DNA from: Nitrospirota bacterium
GTDB taxonomy: Bacteria > Nitrospirota > Nitrospiria > 2-01-FULL-66-17
Reading direction: 5' to 3'
DNA: 64,000 nucleotides
NCBI GenBank assembly: GCA_049325335.1
Contig: JBMOMC010000006.1
Location: forward strand, 126,666-190,665
The translations under genes were made by a program, and so were the position numbers. Below are positions 1 through 7,622 of the stretch, one piece after another. The notes under the pieces are model-generated. The model ran no database searches and was not told the DNA's origin. It was given only the letters and a program-made list of their open reading frames with translations. Position 1 is the stretch's first letter. The number at the start of each line of letters is the position of its first letter.

Positions 1-852
1 CTGGCGCGGGCGCTGATCCCGTACCACCTGGTGGATGGGCTGGCCTTCTGGGACCGCCGGGAGATCAAGGACCTGCTGGCCTACCTGCGGTGGATCCACA
101 ACCCGCACGATCTCGTGAGTTTCCTGCGGATCGCAAACGTGCCGCCACGGGGCATCGGCAAGAAGGTACTCGCGCAGATCGAGGAGCGTCTGCAGTCCGA
201 CCCGGCGCGATTGCTCCCGGAGGTCCTGCAAGCCGTGAGTCAGTCCTCGCGGCCGCTGCGTGCCTTGCGGTTCCAAGTCGATGCGCTCCGCGAGGAAGCC
301 CGCTCGGTCCCGGCGCTCATCGCCGCGGTCCTCACCCGATTGGGCTACGAAGCCCACCTGCTCAAGGCCTTTCCCGATGGCGCCCGGCGGCTCACGCACA
401 TCGAGCAACTGCAGACTATCGCGGCGCGCGACGGGCAGACCTCCGAGGACTCGCTGGGAGAGTTTCTCGCGCAAGCCGGCCTGGGACAGGGTGCGGATGG
501 GAGCCCGGTCGAGGGTGTGCGGCTGATGACAATCCACGCGGCCAAGGGCCTGGAGTTTCATACGGTCTTTCTCATCGGCCTGGAAGAGGGCATCCTCCCA
601 CATGCGCGCTGCCGCGAGACGATTGAAGAAGAGCGACGGTTGCTCTACGTGGCGATCACCCGCGCCAAGTCGCGGCTTGTGCTCTCGTGGTGCCGACGGC
701 GCCTGCTCCAAGGGCGGGACATCAGCCACCAGCCCTCGTCGTTTCTGGACGATATCCGTCCGGGATCGCGGCTCGGGTCGGTGGTCTGGGCAAAGCCGGG
801 TCCCCGACGTGACGGTCTCTTGGCTGGGAGGGCACGGCATGCAGATCGCTGA
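1..852 (+). CDS. UvrD/PcrA-like SF1A helicase, C-terminal part (5' end outside window)
   Basis: Frame is open from base 1. Motifs FWDRREIKDLLAYL, NVPPRGIG, LMTIHAAKGLEF and EEERRLLYVAITRAK. Confidence 0.93.
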   Translation: MARALIPYHLVDGLAFWDRREIKDLLAYLRWIHNPHDLVSFLRIANVPPRGIGKKVLAQIEERLQSDPARLLPEVLQAVSQSSRPLRALRFQVDALREEARSVPALIAAVLTRLGYEAHLLKAFPDGARRLTHIEQLQTIAARDGQTSEDSLGEFLAQAGLGQGADGSPVEGVRLMTIHAAKGLEFHTVFLIGLEEGILPHARCRETIEEERRLLYVAITRAKSRLVLSWCRRRLLQGRDISHQPSSFLDDIRPGSRLGSVVWAKPGPRRDGLLAGRARHADR

Positions 853-1648
853 GGGGATCAGGATGTCCCACAGCAAGGTCACGCGCTACGACTTCTGCCC
901 GCGCGCGTATCGCCATTACTACGTGGAGGGCTGGCGGCCGATCGCCAAACGGCCGTCGCTGCTTTTCGGGGATGCCATCGATCGGTCGCTGTCAGCCTTG
1001 TTCCAGCAGGACGCCGATCCGCAGATCGTGTTCGGCCAGGCCTGGGAGGCGCTCAAGGACATCCCGGTGGCATGGGGCAAGCGGCACACGTGGGCAGCGC
1101 TCGGCGACATCGGCCGCGCACTGCTCGCGCGCTTCGTGAAGGAAGAGCGACCACGATTCACGGATGTCCATGCCGAGAATGTACAGCGCCACGTCTCGGC
1201 CGAACTCGGCGGCGTGACCTTTGTCGGCTACCCCGATCTCTACGCCCGAGTGGATGGCTTGCGGACGCTGGTGGACTTCAAGACCGCGCAGGCGTCCTAC
1301 GACGCCGAGGAAGTCCGGCTCAACGAGCAACTGACCGCGTACTGGTGGCTCTTAGAAGCCAACGGCATCCCGGTGGATCGGGTAGCGTTCTGCGTGCTGC
1401 TGAAACTCAAGGAGCCCCGGATCGAGTGGCACTTCGCCACGCGCACGCCCGACGAAGTCGCCGAGTACCGGGAGAAGCTGGCACTGGTGGCGGCGGACAT
1501 TGTCCAGGGGCGGTTCCCGAAGAAGACCTCTTCGTGCAGCCAGTGGGGCGGGTGCGACTACCGGCCACTGTGCTTGGGCGACGAGACGGCGATCCGCGCG
1601 CAGCTTGTGTTAACGGAGGAGATCACGGACGAAGAGATCATCGTGTGA
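839..1648 (+). CDS. PD-(D/E)XK RecB/AddB/Cas4-like nuclease with probable 4Fe-4S cluster
   Basis: N-terminal Cys in SHSK..YDFCPRAY; catalytic motif GYPDL..LVDFKT; QLTAY; C-terminal CSQWGGCDYRPLC. ATG 839 follows GGGAGG. Confidence 0.88.
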   Translation: MQIAEGIRMSHSKVTRYDFCPRAYRHYYVEGWRPIAKRPSLLFGDAIDRSLSALFQQDADPQIVFGQAWEALKDIPVAWGKRHTWAALGDIGRALLARFVKEERPRFTDVHAENVQRHVSAELGGVTFVGYPDLYARVDGLRTLVDFKTAQASYDAEEVRLNEQLTAYWWLLEANGIPVDRVAFCVLLKLKEPRIEWHFATRTPDEVAEYREKLALVAADIVQGRFPKKTSSCSQWGGCDYRPLCLGDETAIRAQLVLTEEITDEEIIV

Positions 1649-1658
1649 GGAGGGCGAC

Positions 1659-2612
1659 ATGGCGACATCCCGGAATGGACAGGCCAAGACCGGCACCGCG
1701 TTGGCCGCGGTGGATCCGACTGAGCTGCTCAAGAAGGAGACGGAGATCACGGCGCGCGACTTCTACACGGTGTACGACCGCCGTCACGGGAAGCGCCTGA
1801 TTCCCAGCGCGCGCGTCTACAACAACTGGGCGAAGGAGGCCGGGATCAAGACGCACATCATTGAATCGGGTTGCGATGCTGAACGGGCCTGGGCGCACGT
1901 GAAGGGATGGATCGGTCCCGAGTCGAACCCGGTCCTGCAGCGCGAGGCCAAGGTGACGATCGTCTGGAAGGTCGAATGTGAGGACCTGATCTGGAACGCG
2001 GTCGCCCCCAAGACCGACCGCGACGGGCAGATCGTCAAAGCCGGCAAGCCTTACACCATCGGTCCGGACGGGTTCCCGGTGCTCACCGACCCGGCCGACC
2101 AGCTCGCGATCATCCAGCAACTTTCCCGGATCAAACGCTTCGGGGAGCGAACCGCGGTGACGAAGGCCGAAGCCATCGTGGAGAAGAAGCTCCTTGGCGT
2201 GGAGTACCGCGAGCCCGAGGAGATCACGCACGAACAGCGTGAAGCCCAGGCCGTGGCCGAGGCGAACAGCGAGGCGGTCACGGACAGTCAGACCGTGAAT
2301 GGAGACCCGACTGGACAGGCGAGCAGAGCGGCCACGGACCCTGCTGGTCGCCCCTTCACTCGCGGGTTGACCACGGTCGTCCGCGTCGGTGGGAAGCGCG
2401 TGCGGACCGCAGGCATCGAAGCCGCGCAACTCGAGACGATCTGGAACTGGGCCGAACGCGTGGGCAAGGACCGCGTGGCCGCGGTGCTCAAGACGTTCGG
2501 TGTGGTGAAGTCAGTTGAGCTTCGCAGAGACGAGGCGGATGAGGTGCTGAAGAGGCTCAAGGACATGAGCGTTCCGCCTGAGGGGTCTGCAGTGGACGCG
2601 AAGACGGCCTAA
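1659..2612 (+). CDS. Hypothetical protein, putative single-strand annealing recombinase (SSAP)
   Basis: Strong RBS (GAGGAGG), directly after the exonuclease. FGERTAVTKAE..KKLLG helix and a separate C-terminal helical domain resemble phage SSAPs (inference). Confidence 0.5.
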   Translation: MATSRNGQAKTGTALAAVDPTELLKKETEITARDFYTVYDRRHGKRLIPSARVYNNWAKEAGIKTHIIESGCDAERAWAHVKGWIGPESNPVLQREAKVTIVWKVECEDLIWNAVAPKTDRDGQIVKAGKPYTIGPDGFPVLTDPADQLAIIQQLSRIKRFGERTAVTKAEAIVEKKLLGVEYREPEEITHEQREAQAVAEANSEAVTDSQTVNGDPTGQASRAATDPAGRPFTRGLTTVVRVGGKRVRTAGIEAAQLETIWNWAERVGKDRVAAVLKTFGVVKSVELRRDEADEVLKRLKDMSVPPEGSAVDAKTA

Positions 2613-2633
2613 GCGAAAACCGATTGTCGACTG

Positions 2634-2670
2634 CCACGGGCCAGCGTTCAGTGCTGGCCCGTGGTGCTTT
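2634..2670 (+). terminator. Hairpin, possible intrinsic terminator
   Basis: 12-bp perfect stem CCACGGGCCAGC-N7-GCTGGCCCGTGG followed by TGCTTT. A second hairpin lies at 2677-2707. Confidence 0.5.
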
Positions 2671-2730
2671 CACTCAGGCGAGCCGGTGTCATTCGATGCG
2701 GCTTGCCCTCACGAAGAAGGAGGAATGGCA

Positions 2731-3900
2731 ATGGAAACGGTGTCGGAGTTTTCCGCGTGGACTGGACGTGGGCGGTTGGATCAGCTCGTGGGCGAGCTCG
2801 AACGGCAGAAGGAGGCGAGGATCGACTTTGTGACCGACACGCGTAGCGTGACGGTGTCCGCGAAAGACGGATCGCTCTACCTGGTGCCGGCCGAGCCGCG
2901 CGCGATGGAGTGGCTTCCCCAGCAGGGGCTGCTGATCAAGGACACGGCCCTGGAGCAGGTGGGCGCCAAGGCCATCCCTCCGGTGCCATGGCGATTCCTA
3001 AAGGAGCTGGCGAGGGAGCGGCCGGTGCGCGCGATGGAGCTACTCAACGGCTTGATGCAGGACTCGCCAGGACGGCGGTTTATCCGCTGTTTAGATGGCC
3101 ATGTCCGCGCGGTCCTGTCCGACCGATACCGCGTGCTGGATCACTACGATATCGCGTTCGCGGCCCTCGATGTGGTGCGAGCTGCCGGGGGCGAAGTGAT
3201 CGAGGCCAGCCTGTCCGACACCCGGATGAAGCTCAAGTTCACGACCCGCACGGTCTGGGACGCGATCGACGAGAGCCGTAAGGGTGATCCCGGTTCCTGG
3301 TACTCCGGCGGCCTCGGCAACCAGGAGCACTTGCGGCGCGTGTCGGCACGGGTGGGGGACGAGCTGCCGGGTGGACCGGGGACTGTGCATCCGCTGGTGA
3401 CCGTGTCCAACAGTGAAACCGGGCACGGCGGATTCGGCGTGCGGATCGGGCTCTTGCGCGCGATCTGTTTCAACCTCGCCACGGTGGAAGACGTAGTGGC
3501 CAAGGTGCATCTCGGCGACCGGCTGGCGGTCGGAATCTTCACCGAGGAGACGGTGAGCGAGGAATCGAAGCTCATTTATCTCAAGGCACGCGATGCCATC
3601 AGGGCGGCGTTTCATCCCGAGACCTTCGCCCGGATGGTCGCGATCGCGCGGCAGGCGCAGGAGGACGGGGTGACCTCGCCGCACTCGGCCGTGCAGAACG
3701 TGGCTAAGGCAGTAGGGCTCGCCGAGGAACGACGCACTGCGCTGCTGGGGTACTTTCTGCGCGAGTACGACGCCACGCGATACGGCATGGCGCAGGCGGT
3801 CGCACGGTTGGCGCAGGATGAATCCGATCCGGACCAGGCCGGCGCGCTGGAGGACCTAGCTGGCGCGATTCTCCGCAGCCGCGATCTGACGCTCGTATAG
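2731..3900 (+). CDS. DUF932-like phage/plasmid protein
   Basis: Motifs VRAVLSDRYRVLDH and SNSETGHGG..RAICFNL. AGGAGG RBS lies 7 nt before ATG 2731. Confidence 0.7.
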   Translation: METVSEFSAWTGRGRLDQLVGELERQKEARIDFVTDTRSVTVSAKDGSLYLVPAEPRAMEWLPQQGLLIKDTALEQVGAKAIPPVPWRFLKELARERPVRAMELLNGLMQDSPGRRFIRCLDGHVRAVLSDRYRVLDHYDIAFAALDVVRAAGGEVIEASLSDTRMKLKFTTRTVWDAIDESRKGDPGSWYSGGLGNQEHLRRVSARVGDELPGGPGTVHPLVTVSNSETGHGGFGVRIGLLRAICFNLATVEDVVAKVHLGDRLAVGIFTEETVSEESKLIYLKARDAIRAAFHPETFARMVAIARQAQEDGVTSPHSAVQNVAKAVGLAEERRTALLGYFLREYDATRYGMAQAVARLAQDESDPDQAGALEDLAGAILRSRDLTLV

Positions 3901-3918
3901 GTGGGCGACGGCGCAGCC

Positions 3919-4191
3919 ATGACACCAGAGGAAAAGGCGAGTGATGTGGATCTGTCGGAGCTAGGTGAAGAGGCGATGGATTCCCGCCAAGACATCGTTC
4001 GGACGCTGCGCCAGGCACTCGATGCCATCGATGGTGCCATAGAGAAGGCGCGCGCGGCGGCCGATCACGCCGACGACACATTCGGCAATCCGAATCCGGT
4101 CAGCGTCGCGCTCGAAGATCTGTTGGGCATGCTGTGCATCTGGTCCGCCGCGGCCTCGATGCTCCTTGATGACGTCGATGGTGACCGATAA
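3919..4191 (+). CDS. Small acidic hypothetical protein
   Basis: ORF fills the gap co-directionally; D/E-rich and helical. Confidence 0.55.
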   Translation: MTPEEKASDVDLSELGEEAMDSRQDIVRTLRQALDAIDGAIEKARAAADHADDTFGNPNPVSVALEDLLGMLCIWSAAASMLLDDVDGDR

Positions 4192-4312
4192 CGGCCCGCC
4201 TGTCGTCGCCAGATTCTCGAAGCCCTTGGCCGAAACGTAGGGATTTGCTGGGGAACCCCTTCGCTAGGATGGCGGTGATCAACCGAGGAAGTGTTCGAAT
4301 CGGGAGGCTGCC

Positions 4313-4537
4313 ATGACCGAGACCTCTGAGATTCCATGGCCTCTGCTCGAGCAGGTTGTGGGCGGAGCCTATCGAGAGTTCATGTTTATCGGGGAGGTGC
4401 AGGGCATTCTGCTCTTCAAGCACATTTGGACACGTCGATACCTCAATGTCGATCGGGTTGGCGATACGTATCGGTATGTGGACGGCGGATATGAACGAAT
4501 TCCGTGCGCTGAAGCGCTGCGCCATGCCTTGAGCTGA
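4313..4537 (+). CDS. Hypothetical protein (74 aa)
   Basis: GGGAGG RBS; globular-looking sequence FMFIG..FKHIWTRRYLNVD. Confidence 0.7.
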   Translation: MTETSEIPWPLLEQVVGGAYREFMFIGEVQGILLFKHIWTRRYLNVDRVGDTYRYVDGGYERIPCAEALRHALS

Positions 4538-4547
4538 CGAGGCGGCG

Positions 4548-5552
4548 ATGAAGTGGACCCTCGTTGACTTGGAGCGGTTCGCGGCGCTGTTTTGCGGGCG
4601 GTCCGACGCGTTCGGGGTGTTGCAGGCCGGGCGGATCTGTGCGGTTCGCCGCCCACTGTCGCTCATCCAATACCGGCTGCACCTGGAGGGGAAGCTACGT
4701 CTGGGCATTTATCCGCTCTTGCCGGATGGCCACACGCACTTTCTCGCGCTCGACTTCGATGGTCCGCAGGCCGAGTACGCGGCGGATAGGGCGTCAGTTG
4801 TCGCGGCGCAGCATGGCCTCACCCTATGCCGGGAGATCAGTAAGAGCCGCGGTGTGCATCTGTGGCTATTCTTCAATGAACCCGTCCTGGCACGGGATAC
4901 GAGGCTGATAGCGCTGATGCTGCTCCGCGAGGCTGGCGTGAAGGCCGAAATCTTTCCCAAGCAGGACGCGCTGCCGGCCGATGGGGTGGGGAACTTCATC
5001 TGGCTCCCGCTTTCTGGCGAGTCGGTTCCTCTGGGCAAGACGGTGTTCGTGGATCCGATTTCTCATCAGGCGTATGCCGATCAGTGGGACTTTCTTCACG
5101 GCATCCCCCAGGTTCATCCGCGCGAGATCGTGATCCTCGCCAGTCAGGCGCGGGCAGGTCAGGACCGACCGATCCCGGCCCGACCAGACGGGCCGGCTCG
5201 AATCCATCACGGCGAACTGCTACCGTGCGCGCGGATCATGCTCCAGGGCGTCACCCGCGGCTGCCGCGACGTGGTGGCGTTTCGACTGGCGATCCATCTG
5301 AAAGCCAGAGGGCTTTCTCAACAACGGGCTGAGCACATCTTGCGTCAGTGGGACGCCAAGAGCAATCAGCCGCCGTTGGGACTCTCGACGATCCGGGAGA
5401 AGGTGATATCCGTGTATCAGAGAAATTACACGAGCTACGGATGCGAGGACCCCTTGATCGCTCCGTTTTGTCGCGAGGGCTGCCCCATCCGTCGGTATCG
5501 TGCCGATGTCGGAGGGAAAAGGAGCGGCGATGAGCCTGGAAAGGATCGGTGA
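4548..5552 (+). CDS. Archaeo-eukaryotic primase (TOTE-type AEP) fused to a PriCT-like domain and Cys cluster
   Basis: GIYPLL..FLALDFD (DxD), SKSRGVHLWLFF (sxH), EIFPKQ..GNFIWLPL; PriCT-like GCRD..W..NQPPL; Cys residues in LPC..YGC..PFC..GC. Confidence 0.85.
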   Translation: MKWTLVDLERFAALFCGRSDAFGVLQAGRICAVRRPLSLIQYRLHLEGKLRLGIYPLLPDGHTHFLALDFDGPQAEYAADRASVVAAQHGLTLCREISKSRGVHLWLFFNEPVLARDTRLIALMLLREAGVKAEIFPKQDALPADGVGNFIWLPLSGESVPLGKTVFVDPISHQAYADQWDFLHGIPQVHPREIVILASQARAGQDRPIPARPDGPARIHHGELLPCARIMLQGVTRGCRDVVAFRLAIHLKARGLSQQRAEHILRQWDAKSNQPPLGLSTIREKVISVYQRNYTSYGCEDPLIAPFCREGCPIRRYRADVGGKRSGDEPGKDR

Positions 5553-5745
5553 GATTCTCGAACGTCTTCCTGGGCTCACCTGCCCGCACTGCGGGGCGGG
5601 GCGTGATGCTCACAGCGTCGGATTGTCGTGGGATTCACGCGAACAGGACTGGCGGTGCCTGATCTGCGGATATAGAGCATACGAGCAAGCGACTGAACCT
5701 GCGGGAATTAAGGCGAGAGAACCAACCGGCGACGTTCGTCGCTGA
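5530..5745 (+). CDS. Small Zn-ribbon protein
   Basis: CPHC and CLIC pairs; GGAG RBS before ATG 5530. Confidence 0.6.
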   Translation: MSLERIGEILERLPGLTCPHCGAGRDAHSVGLSWDSREQDWRCLICGYRAYEQATEPAGIKAREPTGDVRR

Positions 5746-5782
5746 CTCCGGTCTTTCGGTGCACGGCTGAGGAGGACGATAT

Positions 5783-6184
5783 ATGAATACTTCAGATCCG
5801 GTCGGATCCAATGGGAATGGTTGTGATGGACTAGGCGGGACGCCGATCGTCCTCATCCCTTTTGGATCTGAGTTTCTGGCGATGACTCCGGACAATTTGG
5901 CGAAAGCCCTCTCGGTTGGCCGCTTGGTCACCGGCCACACGCCAACACATCCGGGGACCGCTGGCCCGTCTCAAGAGACGCTCGTGGATGCGGATGGAAT
6001 GAGCCGATTGACCGGCGTGCCTTCGAGTTGGTTTCTGGAACAGGCACGCCAAGATAAAATCCCCCATCTCCGAGTCGGGAAGTACGTGCGGTTTCGCCCT
6101 GCCGATGTGCTGCCAGCGCTTGAATCGGGGCGGGAGCATAGATCCACCCGCGTGGCCGTTCTCCAGAAGATCCCCGCTGGATGA
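5783..6184 (+). CDS. Excisionase-like HTH DNA-binding protein
   Basis: HTH_17/Xis-type motif LVDADGMSRLTGVPSSWF..IPHLRVGKYVRF; GAGGAGG RBS; lies upstream of the integrase. Confidence 0.8.
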   Translation: MNTSDPVGSNGNGCDGLGGTPIVLIPFGSEFLAMTPDNLAKALSVGRLVTGHTPTHPGTAGPSQETLVDADGMSRLTGVPSSWFLEQARQDKIPHLRVGKYVRFRPADVLPALESGREHRSTRVAVLQKIPAG

Positions 6185-6284
6185 TCCCATCACTGGCTCT
6201 CTTCGTTAGGCGGCGAGCGCGCTTCTTCTTGACTTCGTTGCTGAGATTTCACCACATTAGCTCCGGTTCACTATAGAGGGATCT

Positions 6285-7622
6285 ATGGCCTGTGTGCGAA
6301 AGCGGCGAGGACGGTGGGTGATCGATTATCGAGACCATCTCGGTCGCCGCGTGTGGGAATCCGTCGCCGGTACGCGGAAAGACGCCGACGACTTGCTCTC
6401 CCAACGTCTTCGTGAGGTGGGGCGGGGAGAATATCAGCCCCGGCGAGAGGAGCGGACGTTCGAGGAACTGGTCGAGGCCTATACGAACGCCCATATCAAA
6501 ATGAACATCCGTAAAACCACTCGCAAAGATTACGAGGGACGAATCGCCCTCCACTTGAAGCCATATTTTCAAGGCTGGAAGATTCGGGCGATCTCGCCCG
6601 AGATCGTCGAGCGGTTCCGGGCACATCTGGTAGAGAACGGGGTCGGTCGTCGGACGGTCAACAAGTGTTTGATCATCCTGGGGGCGATGTTTCGCTACGC
6701 GATTCGACACCGTTGGGCCACGTTCAACCCGGCAGCCGAGGTCAAGAAACTCAAAGAGGGGTTGGAACATAGCGATCGACCGATCGACAACCATATCCTC
6801 CTGCCTCATGAGGTCCAGAAACTTCTGTCGAGCTTCAGCCCACAAGAGGAGCGGTGGCGCATTCTCGTAAAGACCGCAGTGTTGACCGGACTCCGACAGG
6901 GAGAGTTGCTGGGGCTGCAGTGGGGAGACATCGACTGGAACGCCCGGCAGGTTTTTGTCCGACGGAGTTTCACGGCCGGCCAGTTCTATGAGCCGAAAAC
7001 GAAGAGCTCTCGGCGGCGCGTCGATGTGCCGAGCGATCTGCTTGCCGACCTAAAATCCTGGCGCCTGCAATGCCCGAAGGGTGAATTGGACTTGGTCTTT
7101 CCCAGCGGCGCCGGGAATCCGGAAAACCACGGCAATGTGCTGCGGCGAGGATTCTATCCCGCGTTGCGGCGAGCCGGGCTGCGGTCCATTCGTTTCCACG
7201 ATCTGCGCCACACGTACGCGAGTTTGCTGATCGCGAACAATGAGCACCCGAAGTACATCCAGACGCAGTTGGGCCATTCGTCGATCAAAGTGACGATGGA
7301 TACCTACGGCCATCTCATGAAGGCGACGAACAATCAGGCGGCGGAGAAACTGGCGGCGCTGGTACTCGGTCCGAAAACGAATTTGAAAAAAAGTGGTAGC
7401 AAAACGGTAGCAACGGAAGGATTGGCGCAGGCGAGTAGTCTCACTAACCCCTTGATATTAAATGGTGCCGAGGGGGAGAATCGAACTCCCGACACAAGGC
7501 TTTTCAGGCCTCTGCTCTACCGACTGAGCTACCTCGGCGCCATGCGGCGATCAGGTGGGAAAAATCAAAGACCGAACCATAGCAAACGCATCAACGCGAA
7601 GTCAACGCACGGCACTATTTGA
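6285..7622 (+). CDS. int: Tyrosine recombinase (phage-type integrase)
   Basis: Catalytic residues in TGLRQGE, PKT, FHDLRHT, LGHS and DTYGH. N-terminal arm-binding and SAM-like regions. The ORF reads through the tRNA. Confidence 0.95.
   Translation: MACVRKRRGRWVIDYRDHLGRRVWESVAGTRKDADDLLSQRLREVGRGEYQPRREERTFEELVEAYTNAHIKMNIRKTTRKDYEGRIALHLKPYFQGWKIRAISPEIVERFRAHLVENGVGRRTVNKCLIILGAMFRYAIRHRWATFNPAAEVKKLKEGLEHSDRPIDNHILLPHEVQKLLSSFSPQEERWRILVKTAVLTGLRQGELLGLQWGDIDWNARQVFVRRSFTAGQFYEPKTKSSRRRVDVPSDLLADLKSWRLQCPKGELDLVFPSGAGNPENHGNVLRRGFYPALRRAGLRSIRFHDLRHTYASLLIANNEHPKYIQTQLGHSSIKVTMDTYGHLMKATNNQAAEKLAALVLGPKTNLKKSGSKTVATEGLAQASSLTNPLILNGAEGENRTPDTRLFRPLLYRLSYLGAMRRSGGKNQRPNHSKRINAKSTHGTI
7395..7413. 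promoter_or_regulatory. Putative integrase arm-type binding sites
   Basis: Direct repeat GGTAGCAA at 7395-7402 and 7406-7413, about 50 bp from the tRNA 3' end. Confidence 0.6.
7445..7457 (-). promoter_or_regulatory. Putative IHF-binding site in att region
   Basis: Minus-strand TATCAAGGGGTTA matches WATCAANNNNTTR exactly and lies 5 bp from the tRNA 3' end. Confidence 0.65.
7463..7538 (-). tRNA. tRNA-Phe (GAA), CCA encoded; integration site
   Basis: Full cloverleaf GCCGAGGTAGCTCAGTCGGTAGAGCAGAGGCCTGAAAAGCCTTGTGTCGGGAGTTCGATTCTCCCCCTCGGCACCA. Confidence 0.98.
7576..7605 (-). promoter_or_regulatory. Sigma70-type promoter for tRNA-Phe
   Basis: TTGACT-N18-TATGGT with extended TG. Confidence 0.55.

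Larger units (their letters stand above)
1..7462. mobile_element. Right end of an integrative element (prophage/satellite/ICE-like) inserted at tRNA-Phe; left end lies outside the window
   Basis: Co-directional helicase, nuclease, DUF932-like, AEP primase, HTH excisionase and tyrosine integrase genes end at the 3' end of a tRNA. Arm-type repeats and an IHF box lie next to the tRNA. Confidence 0.88.

Noticed and set aside
839-1648. Cas4-like nuclease as evidence of a CRISPR-Cas system
   Set aside because: No cas1/cas2, effector genes or repeat-spacer array anywhere in the window. Solo Cas4/AddB-like nucleases are common in mobile elements.
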